A stretch of DNA of 64,000 bases from Thermoanaerobaculia bacterium (GTDB lineage: Bacteria; Acidobacteriota; Thermoanaerobaculia; UBA5066; Gp7-AA6), in contig DATKAE010000027.1 of NCBI GenBank assembly GCA_035498405.1, positions 64,154 to 128,153 on the forward strand. The letters are read 5' to 3'. Made by a program: the position numbers and the translations under genes. The notes under the pieces were generated by a model. The model searched no databases, was not told the DNA's origin, and was given only the letters and a program-made list of their open reading frames with translations. Positions 1 through 7,738 of the stretch are shown one piece after another; the first letter of the stretch is position 1, and each line of letters begins with the position of its first letter.

Positions 1-255
1 CCGGGCAGGCCATCTTGCTTCCCAAGAACTTGGGAACCCGGCTCGGCGGTTCGTACCGAGCGCTCATCGGGTGCGACAACGGAGCACCCGAGGGAGCGCG
101 ACAAGCCGCGGCGTCGAGCCGCGGCGAATCTCCCCGGGCAGGCCAAGTCGCCTTGCCGAACCTGGCACCCTGGGTGAGTTGGAACGAAAGTTGCTGGTAT
201 CCGCAACATGCTCCGGGGCAAGCGTTCCAACGGATCTTTCGGAAGGAGGCCTTCC

Positions 256-831
256 ATGAAACACCTTGCCGCCTGCATCGGACTAGCCACGGCGGTCGCG
301 GTCGTTTCGAGTTGCTCGAACTCAACGGGGTCGGCGGGAACCGCATCCACGTCAGGATCTGCCTCGAAGACCGCCTCGGGAACCGGGGGAAGCTCCTCCA
401 CCGGGACGGCGAAGTCGACGACCGGGCAGACGAGCACGATGTCGACCGCCGCTTCGGCCGCCGGCGGCGCCGCCAGCGCCACGGGTGTCGATCTCGCCGG
501 AACCCTTGGCTCGAGTCTCGGGCTGACGCCGGATCAGGCCTCCGGAGCGGTCGGCTCGATCCTCTCGCTCGCGCAGGGGAAGCTCTCCTCCTCGGACTAC
601 TCGAAAGTCGCGGGGGCGGTCCCGGGCGCCGGTCAGTACGTTCAAAAGGCAAAGGACCTGGGAGCGGTGCCGAGCACGGGGATTTCGAGCGAGTCCGCTC
701 TCGATGGCGCCTACGCGAAGCTCGGGATCAGTCCCGAGATTGGGTCCCAGGTCACGCCGCTCGTCGTCAATTACGTCGGAAAAGCCGGCGGGCCAACGGT
801 CCAGAGCCTCCTCTCGAGCGTGCTCCAGTAG
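256..831 (+). CDS. DUF2780 (VcgC/VcgE-like) secreted lipoprotein
   Basis: ATG at 256 follows GGAAGGAGG. Signal peptide has a lipobox-like VSSC. A Ser/Thr/Gly-rich linker is followed by two helical 'LG(L/I)(T/S)P(D/E)' repeats typical of DUF2780. The ORF-track start at 208 is judged too far upstream. Confidence 0.6.
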   Translation: MKHLAACIGLATAVAVVSSCSNSTGSAGTASTSGSASKTASGTGGSSSTGTAKSTTGQTSTMSTAASAAGGAASATGVDLAGTLGSSLGLTPDQASGAVGSILSLAQGKLSSSDYSKVAGAVPGAGQYVQKAKDLGAVPSTGISSESALDGAYAKLGISPEIGSQVTPLVVNYVGKAGGPTVQSLLSSVLQ

Positions 832-1050
832 GGTGATTGGGAGCACGCGCGCAGACGCGGGCTCCCACCTCGCATCCCCGAACGCACCGGGCAGTCGGGA
901 TCTCCTTCGACGTGATCTGGTACCTGAAGCCGTCCGCACCGAGCGGGTCGAGCCTGCTCTCTGCACGATTCCGCCTGAGGACCGAGAGGCGACGTCCCTC
1001 GGAATCGTCTGACCCTTGCACCGCACGACTGCCGCAAATAGATTTGCCTC

Positions 1051-2112
1051 ATGACGCTACCCACCGAACCGATCGGCAGCATTCCACGCCCCGCCGCGCT
1101 CCTCGAAGGGATGAAGGCGGCCTCCGAGGGCCGACTTCCCGGAGAGAAGCTCGAAGCCCTTTTTGACGAAGCCGTGAGAGACACGATCCGGCGATTCGAG
1201 GAGACCGGCTCCCCCATCATCACCGACGGCGAGCAGCGAAAGCCCTCCTTCGCCACGTACCCGATCCAGGGGGCGAAGAACCTCGCTCCGGGAGGAGTGA
1301 CGATCAAGTTCAAGGACGGCCACACGCGCCAGCTCCCCGTCCTGAGCGCCGGACCTTTCCGATACACCACGTACGCCGTGAGCTACCTCGACGCGGCCAA
1401 GAAGCACGCGCACGTCCCGCTCAAGGAGGCCGTCATCTCGGCCTCGGCCTTGAGTCTTCTCTACCCGCAGGCTGGCTTGAAGGGCTACTCGCGGGATGCT
1501 TTCCTCGAGGATCTCGTCAACGAGACCGCCAAGGACGTCCGGCAGTGCCTCGACCGAGGCGGCCCGGTCCAAATCGATTTCACCGAGGGGCGCCTGGCGG
1601 TCAAGCTCGATCCCTCCAAGGGCCTGCTCAATTCCTTCGTCGATCTCAACAATCGCGTGCTCGAGCGCTTTTCGCCGGCCGAGCGAAAGAGAATCGGCGT
1701 CCACACCTGCCCGGGCGGCGACCGCGACTCGACGCACAGCGCCGACGTCGATTACGCGGAGCTTCTTCCCGCTCTCTTCCGCCTCAACGTCGGGAACTTC
1801 TACGTTCAGCTTTCGAGCGAGACAGACCGCCCGCGTGTGCTGGCGATCCTCGGAAAGAACGCGACCGGAGACCGCAGGGTCTTCGTCGGCGTGACCGACC
1901 CTATCGACCCGCGTGTCGAGACCGCCGAACAGGTCCGAGACCGAGTCCTGGAAGCTGCGAAGTTCATTGACGCGGCGCACCTTGGCACGACCGACGACTG
2001 TGGCTTCTCCCCCTTCGGCGACGACACTTCGACCTCGCGCGACACCGCCTTTGCGAAGATCCGCGCCCGGGTCGAGGGAACGGCGATGGCCTCGAAACAG
2101 CTCGGCGTTTAG
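1051..2112 (+). CDS. Cobalamin-independent methionine synthase-like protein (Meth_synt_2 / MetE C-terminal domain family)
   Basis: 353 aa. N-terminal 'PTEPIGSIPRP' is present, with Zn-ligand-like 'HTCPGG' and 'DDCGFSPF' motifs. Confidence 0.75.
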   Translation: MTLPTEPIGSIPRPAALLEGMKAASEGRLPGEKLEALFDEAVRDTIRRFEETGSPIITDGEQRKPSFATYPIQGAKNLAPGGVTIKFKDGHTRQLPVLSAGPFRYTTYAVSYLDAAKKHAHVPLKEAVISASALSLLYPQAGLKGYSRDAFLEDLVNETAKDVRQCLDRGGPVQIDFTEGRLAVKLDPSKGLLNSFVDLNNRVLERFSPAERKRIGVHTCPGGDRDSTHSADVDYAELLPALFRLNVGNFYVQLSSETDRPRVLAILGKNATGDRRVFVGVTDPIDPRVETAEQVRDRVLEAAKFIDAAHLGTTDDCGFSPFGDDTSTSRDTAFAKIRARVEGTAMASKQLGV

Positions 2113-2633
2113 GGGGTACCGGCTCCGGCGGTGTCCTCCTTGGCCTTTCCGTCCAGAAACAGGAGGTAGTCGGTCGCGAGCGGGGTCTTGCCGAGCTGCC
2201 GCAACAGTGTCGCGACCTGTCCGCGGTGATAGGTCCCATGGTTGACCACGTGCACGAGAGCGTCACCCAGCGGGTATGACCAGGTCTCTCCCTTGAAATT
2301 CACGTAGGAGATGGGCTCGGCCATCCGGGCCGGGGTGAGCGTCCCGAAGACACCCCTCTGTCCATCCTCGATTTCCGCGAGCTTCGATTTGAGATCGCCG
2401 AGGTTGGCGAAGCCCTCAGGCAACGCGCGGGGCGAGCGTCCCTGCCACCGTTCGAGCCAGACCCACTCGGCGCCGATCAAGTGGGCCAGCGTGCCGAGGA
2501 TCGTCGAGAAGCTTCCCCCGACCTTGTGCTCGAGCTCCCCCGCGGAAACCGCGTCGCAGGCCTCGAGCGTGCGCCCGTTCGCCCAACGGTTGAATTCGTA
2601 GAGTCTCGCGATCTCCTGCGGCGAGCGTGACAT
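2109..2633 (-). CDS. DinB family protein
   Basis: Shows 'WANGRTLE', 'LAHLIGAEWVW' and 'HVVNHGTYHRGQVATLLRQLG'. The internal ATG at 2633 abuts the stop of the upstream gene at 2636. Confidence 0.8.
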   Translation of the reverse strand: MSRSPQEIARLYEFNRWANGRTLEACDAVSAGELEHKVGGSFSTILGTLAHLIGAEWVWLERWQGRSPRALPEGFANLGDLKSKLAEIEDGQRGVFGTLTPARMAEPISYVNFKGETWSYPLGDALVHVVNHGTYHRGQVATLLRQLGKTPLATDYLLFLDGKAKEDTAGAGTP

Positions 2634-2635
2634 TT

Positions 2636-4300
2636 CTAGAGGCCCTCTACGCTGATCTTCGTATCCGCGTTCGCCCAGGCGGCGTCGAACTGCGTTTGAA
2701 CCCACGCCGCGTCAGAGGACTTGCCCTGGGCCTTCAAACTCTCCACCAGGCCGAGGAGCGCGCGGCCGTTGCGCGGATGCACTTGCAGATCGTCTCGAAA
2801 GACCCGCTCGGCTTCCCGGGCCTGGCCGGCAGCGAGCAGAGCCGCGCCGAGGGATTCTCGCATCGGCTGCTGCCAGGGGGGAGGCTCGTCATAGGCCAGC
2901 GCGTCCTCGGCCGCAACCGCGAGTCTCCAGCTCTCGATCGCAGCCTGCCGGTCGCCCCGAGCCTTGGCGATCCGGGCATCCAGATCGTGTCCCGAGACCG
3001 CGAGGACCCCGCGCACCGTGTTCTGGGGACCCAGGAGACGTTCGGGCGCGATCCCCTGGGAAGCGGCCTGGAACGCCACGCGTCTCTTCTCCGCTCCCTC
3101 CCGATTTCCTGATTCCGCCGCGGCGGCGGCCTGCGCGTAAAGCCAGAAAGCTCTCGTCGCGGGCAGGCTCGGGCCCGGGTCCGGCATGGCGAGGATCTCG
3201 CTCCACTTGCGGAAGCGGATGGCCACGACCAGGGGCTGGACGAGGTATCCCTCGACCGTCGGGTCCATCGAGGCCTTTGGCAGGGCCTCCTCGTAGAGGC
3301 GGTCCGCCGACTCTCGAGCCTCGGAGTACCGGCCTGCCATCACCGCGGCCGCCGATTCGAAGTGGAGGTTATGGCAGTAATACATGATCCGATACATGTC
3401 CGAGGGCGACGTCTCCCGGAAATAGGCTCGGTCCGTTTCCCCCGCCGCCGCGTTCGCCTTCGCCGCCCCGGCATAGTCGCCCGTGCGCATGTAGATGTGC
3501 GCCGGCATGTGAACCAGGTGTCCGGCCCCCGGCACGAGCGTCTGGAGCCTCGAGGCGGACGCCAGCGCCTTCTCCGGATGGAGCGACGCCTCGACCGCGT
3601 GGATGTAGTAGTGGTTCGCCCCGGGGTGCGAGGGATCGCGCTTCAGGACCGACTCGAGCGCGGCGAGAATTTCCGCCGTTCCGTCCTCCGGCGTGCCGTC
3701 GGCCTTCCAGAGCTTCCAGGGACGCAGGTTCATCCCGCTCTCGGCGTAGAGCGTCGCCGCGTCGAGATCGTCCGGGTAGCTCTTCGAGAGCTCGCCCATC
3801 GCGGCGTTGTAGTCTCGCAGAAGCGCCTTCGGGTCGGACTTCGGGTCCGCCGAGTAGCGGCGGGCGACCGCCTGAGCGTAGGCGCGCTCGTTCGAGGGCC
3901 CGCCGGCCGAGAGCGCGAGAGCCTTCTGCGCCTCTTCGTACGCACTCTTCAAGCGCTCGACGGCCGGCTGTGGATCGTTGTAGTTCATTCCGAGAGCAAG
4001 CGAGATCCCCCAGTGCGGCATCGGGGCCGAGGGGTCGAGCTCGGCCGCGCGCTCGAAGGAGCGGATCGCCTCCTCGTGATTGAACCCGTAGAGGAGGGTC
4101 AGCCCTTGATCGAAGAATTTCTGAGCCTCCGGACTCGAGGTCGAGATCGCATGATGATGGGAGCCCATGCCCTCGAGCAGCGCGGGCGCCGGCCGCGCCG
4201 CCGGAGTCGGCGGGGGCTGCCCGTGCGAATGTTGCGCGAGCAGCGGGGAGGACAGGGCGCTCGCCAGGACAACGGTCGAGATGAGAAAAGGGTGTCTCAT
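2636..4300 (-). CDS. Secreted TPR-like protein with conserved His motifs (paralog of 28173-29834)
   Basis: Has a signal peptide and a His-rich N-terminus (QHSHG, GSHHH). Shares 'HPGANHYYIHA' and 'HLVHMPAHIY' with the paralog. Confidence 0.75.
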   Translation of the reverse strand: MRHPFLISTVVLASALSSPLLAQHSHGQPPPTPAARPAPALLEGMGSHHHAISTSSPEAQKFFDQGLTLLYGFNHEEAIRSFERAAELDPSAPMPHWGISLALGMNYNDPQPAVERLKSAYEEAQKALALSAGGPSNERAYAQAVARRYSADPKSDPKALLRDYNAAMGELSKSYPDDLDAATLYAESGMNLRPWKLWKADGTPEDGTAEILAALESVLKRDPSHPGANHYYIHAVEASLHPEKALASASRLQTLVPGAGHLVHMPAHIYMRTGDYAGAAKANAAAGETDRAYFRETSPSDMYRIMYYCHNLHFESAAAVMAGRYSEARESADRLYEEALPKASMDPTVEGYLVQPLVVAIRFRKWSEILAMPDPGPSLPATRAFWLYAQAAAAAESGNREGAEKRRVAFQAASQGIAPERLLGPQNTVRGVLAVSGHDLDARIAKARGDRQAAIESWRLAVAAEDALAYDEPPPWQQPMRESLGAALLAAGQAREAERVFRDDLQVHPRNGRALLGLVESLKAQGKSSDAAWVQTQFDAAWANADTKISVEGL

Positions 4301-4371
4301 AGGCTCCTCGGTGAAGACCGCGCCGCCGGATTCTAATTGGCGGGCCGCCCGCCCGAGAAGGAGCCCCTGTT

Positions 4372-6522
4372 ATGATTCGCGCCCCTCATGAAGAAGACGG
4401 CGTGAGGCGAAGGACGGCGCTCGCGGCCGGGTTGGCGGCCTTCCTGCTGACCCTGCCCGCGTCGGCGCGGGCTGCCCCGGCCACGAGCCCCCCGATGGCA
4501 AACAAGAAACCCAAGACCACCGACATTCACGGCGACCGGCTCCAGGACGACTATTTCTGGTTGCGCGATCGCTCGAACCCGGAAGTCCGTGCCTACCTCG
4601 AAGCGGAGAACAAGTACGCCGACGAGGTCATGAAAGACACCCTCGCCCTGCAGGAAAAGCTGTACCAGGAGATGCTCGGACGCATCAAGCAAACCGACCT
4701 CACCGTTCCCTATCCGATGCGGGGCTACTTCTACTATTCGCGCACGGAGACCGGGAAGCAGTACCCGATCTACTGCCGCAAGAAGGGAAGCCTCGAAGCG
4801 CTCGAGCAGGTCCTGCTCGACTTGAACGAAATGGCCAAGGGCGAGAGATTCATGGCGGTCGGGGACTGGGACGTCTCGGACGACGGGACGCTGCTCGCCT
4901 ACACCACCGACACCACGGGCTTCCGAGACTACACGCTGCACGTCAAGGACCTCTCGACGGGAAAGATCCTCCCCGACACGGTGCCGAAGGTCTCGTCCGT
5001 GGCCTGGGCGGCCGACAACCGAACGCTCTTCTACACGACCGAGGACGCCGCCAAGAGGTCCTACCGACTCTACCGCCACCCACTCGGCGCCGATCCGGCG
5101 AGCGACGCTCTCGCCTATGAAGAGAGAGACGAGATGTTCCGCATCGAGGTCTTTCGGTCCGGAAGCCGCAAGTACCTCTTCCTCGATTCCGGCTCCCACA
5201 CGGCCAACGAATGGCGGATGCTCCCGGCAGATAACCCGTCGGGTGACTGGAAGCTCGTCGCGGCCCGGGAGAAAGAGCACGAATACGAGGTCGACCACCG
5301 GGGGGATCTTCTTTACATTCGGACCAACAGCGCCGGCTGCCGCAACTTCCGTCTCGTCACGACGCCGGTGGCCGCGCCCGGGCGCGAGAACTGGAAGGAA
5401 ATGATGCCTTGTCGCGAGGACGTCATGCTCGCGGGGCTCGAGCTCTTCTCCGATCACATGGTTCTGATGGAACGAGAGGACGGCCTCCAGCGGATTCGGA
5501 TCACCGACCTCCCCTCCGGCCAGTCCCACCGCATCGCCTTCCCCGAGCCCGTCTACTCCGTCACTCCCAGCAACAACCGGGAGTTCGAGACCGGGACCTT
5601 TCGGTACAACTACCAGTCGCTCACGATCCCCTCCTCGATCTACGACTACGACCTGAAGTCGCGGCAGAGCAAACTCCTCAAGCGAACCGAAGTTCTCGGC
5701 GGCTACGACCCGGACCGGTATCAGGCGGAGCGGCGGTACGCCACGGCGTCCGACGGCACGAAGATCCCGATCTCGCTCGTCTATCGCAAGGGAATCGAGA
5801 AGAGCGGGAAGAACCCGGCGTTGCTGTACGCCTACGGATCCTACGGAGCGCCGATCTTCCCGACTTTCAACTCCAACCGCGTCAGCCTGCTCGACCGCGG
5901 GTTCGTGTACGCCATCGCGCACATCCGCGGCGGCGGCGAGATGGGCAAGAAGTGGCACGACCAGGGCCGCATGATGAACAAGAAGAACACCTTCACCGAC
6001 TTCATCGCCTGCGCCGAGGCCCTCATCGCGGACCGGTACACGTCCAAGGACCGACTCGTCATCGAGGGCGGGAGCGCCGGAGGCCTTCTCCTGGGGGCAG
6101 TCGTCAACATGCGGCCCGACCTCTTCAAGGCGGTCGTGAATCACGTGCCCTTCGTCGATGTCATCAACACCATGCTCGACGAGTCGTTGCCTCTGACCGT
6201 CGGCGAGTTCGAGGAGTGGGGCAATCCGAAGATTCCGGAGCAATACGCCTACATACGGAGCTACAGCCCCTACGACAACATCGCCGCCAAGGAGTACCCG
6301 GCGATGCTGGTCAAGACGTCCTTCGACGACAGCCAGGTCATGTACTGGGAGCCCGCCAAGTACGTCGCCAAGCTGCGGTCGGTCAAGACCGACAAGAACC
6401 CGCTGATCTTCAAGATCAACATGGCCGGAGGCCATGGAGGGTCTTCCGGCCGATACGATCGGTTGCGGGAGACCGCCTTCGACGACGCGTTCATTCTCAC
6501 GATGCTCGGCATCGCTCCGTAG
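4372..6522 (+). CDS. ptrB: Oligopeptidase B / prolyl oligopeptidase family S9A serine peptidase
   Basis: 716 aa. Tat/Sec-like 'RRRTALAAGLAAFLL' leader. N-terminal propeller region carries 'DDYFWLRD'. C-terminal catalytic domain has the 'GGSAGGLL' nucleophile elbow. Confidence 0.85.
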   Translation: MIRAPHEEDGVRRRTALAAGLAAFLLTLPASARAAPATSPPMANKKPKTTDIHGDRLQDDYFWLRDRSNPEVRAYLEAENKYADEVMKDTLALQEKLYQEMLGRIKQTDLTVPYPMRGYFYYSRTETGKQYPIYCRKKGSLEALEQVLLDLNEMAKGERFMAVGDWDVSDDGTLLAYTTDTTGFRDYTLHVKDLSTGKILPDTVPKVSSVAWAADNRTLFYTTEDAAKRSYRLYRHPLGADPASDALAYEERDEMFRIEVFRSGSRKYLFLDSGSHTANEWRMLPADNPSGDWKLVAAREKEHEYEVDHRGDLLYIRTNSAGCRNFRLVTTPVAAPGRENWKEMMPCREDVMLAGLELFSDHMVLMEREDGLQRIRITDLPSGQSHRIAFPEPVYSVTPSNNREFETGTFRYNYQSLTIPSSIYDYDLKSRQSKLLKRTEVLGGYDPDRYQAERRYATASDGTKIPISLVYRKGIEKSGKNPALLYAYGSYGAPIFPTFNSNRVSLLDRGFVYAIAHIRGGGEMGKKWHDQGRMMNKKNTFTDFIACAEALIADRYTSKDRLVIEGGSAGGLLLGAVVNMRPDLFKAVVNHVPFVDVINTMLDESLPLTVGEFEEWGNPKIPEQYAYIRSYSPYDNIAAKEYPAMLVKTSFDDSQVMYWEPAKYVAKLRSVKTDKNPLIFKINMAGGHGGSSGRYDRLRETAFDDAFILTMLGIAP

Positions 6523-6527
6523 GCACC

Positions 6528-7631
6528 GTGCGGTCCAGGTTCTTGTCTCTCGGCGCGGCGCTCCTCGCCGCCGGCGCGGCCGCCTTCGGGGAGCGGCCGG
6601 ATTCCCTACCGCTCGAGACGATCAAGCTGCCCAAGGGCTTCTCGATCGCGCTCTACGCTCGCGTGCCGAACGCCCGGTCCATGGCGCTTGCACCCAGCGG
6701 AACGCTCTTCGTCGGAACGCGACACGAAGAAGTGTTCGCGGTGCGCCGCGACACGCCCGAGCGCGGCGGCGATGTCGTCACGATTGCGCGAGGTCTCGAC
6801 ATGCCCAACGGCGTGGCGATGCGCGACGGCTCGCTCTACGTTGCGGAGGTTTCGCGCGTCCTGCGCTTCGACGACATCGAGGAGCATCTCGAGAACCCTC
6901 CGCGCCCGGTGGTCGTGCGCGCAGATTTTCCGACGGAGCGGCACCACGGGTGGAAGTTCATTGGGTTCGGCCCGGACGGCTGGCTCTACGTGCCCGTGGG
7001 CGCTCCCTGCAACATCTGCGAGAGCAAGCAGCCGGTCTTCGCCGCGATTCACCGGATGCGCCCGGACGGCTCGAAAGTCGAGCTCTATGCCTCCGGCGTG
7101 CGCAATACCGTCGGATTCGATTGGGACCCGCAAACCAAGGAGCTCTGGTTCACGGACAATGGCCGCGACTGGATGGGCGACGACCAGCCGCCGGATGAGC
7201 TCGACCACGCTCCGCACGCCGGAATGAACTTCGGCTACCCCTACTGCCACGGCGCGAGCATTTCCGATCCGGAATTTGGCCGGAAGCACCCGTGCTCCGA
7301 ATTCACGCCGCCAGCCATGGCGCTCGGCCCCCACGTGGCCTCCCTCGGGATGCGCTTCTACACGGGCGCGATGTTCCCGCCCGAGTACCGAAACCAGATC
7401 TTCATCGCCGAGCACGGCTCCTGGAATCGCTCGCACAAGATCGGATATCGCGTGAGCCTCGTCCGGTTGGAAGGCGGACACGCGGTGTCCTACCGTCCCT
7501 TCGCGACGGGATGGCTCCAGGGGGAGCGCGCCTGGGGTCGCCCGGTCGACGTGCTCGTCATGCCGGACGGCGCGCTGCTCGTTTCCGACGACCACGCCGG
7601 AGCGATCTACCGGATCTCCTATCGGGGGTAG
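6528..7631 (+). CDS. PQQ-dependent sugar (sorbosone/glucose) dehydrogenase family protein
   Basis: GTG at 6528 lies in frame just after the ptrB stop. Signal peptide present. Shows 'PNGVAMRDGSLYVAE', 'GWLYVPVGAPCN', 'GVRNTVGFDWDP' and 'DELDHAPHAGMNFGYPYCHG'. Confidence 0.8.
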   Translation: MRSRFLSLGAALLAAGAAAFGERPDSLPLETIKLPKGFSIALYARVPNARSMALAPSGTLFVGTRHEEVFAVRRDTPERGGDVVTIARGLDMPNGVAMRDGSLYVAEVSRVLRFDDIEEHLENPPRPVVVRADFPTERHHGWKFIGFGPDGWLYVPVGAPCNICESKQPVFAAIHRMRPDGSKVELYASGVRNTVGFDWDPQTKELWFTDNGRDWMGDDQPPDELDHAPHAGMNFGYPYCHGASISDPEFGRKHPCSEFTPPAMALGPHVASLGMRFYTGAMFPPEYRNQIFIAEHGSWNRSHKIGYRVSLVRLEGGHAVSYRPFATGWLQGERAWGRPVDVLVMPDGALLVSDDHAGAIYRISYRG

Positions 7632-7738
7632 GCCCCACCGTCTCGGAATCGGGCGCGTCGCGACCGGGTTGTAGTATCCCGCCTTCGCCGTGGAGGCTCG
7701 CCCGGGACCGGACCCGACCCGGCAGCTTAAGGAGAGTC

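Noticed and set aside
160-185. Sigma-54-type promoter (TGGCAC at ~166) upstream of the DUF2780 gene.
   Set aside because: The required TTGC element at the correct 5-nt spacing is absent (GTGA instead).
832-1050. Riboswitch (cobalamin or SAM) upstream of the MetE-like gene.
   Set aside because: I could not find a B12 box or any SAM-riboswitch consensus block by eye. Only generic GC hairpins are present. A covariance-model scan would be needed to revisit this.
4333-6435. Long antisense or alternative-frame ORFs opposite well-supported genes. Examples: 4333-6435, 7754-9670, 10887-13766, 15793-17697, 18620-20068, 22467-24926, 28149-29792, 35368-36981, 38230-39684, 49840-51561.
   Set aside because: All are low-complexity Arg/Pro/Gly/Asp-rich translations with no recognisable motifs. 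Each overlaps a gene with clear family signatures on the other strand or frame.
5409-7631. N-terminal extensions of several ORF-track entries: 5409, 7292, 12141, 33109, 35335, 40394, 56661-57878, 60010 and 60621.
   Set aside because: The extensions overlap the preceding gene and have junk composition. Internal starts with signal peptides, RBS-like sequences or stop/start overlaps fit better.
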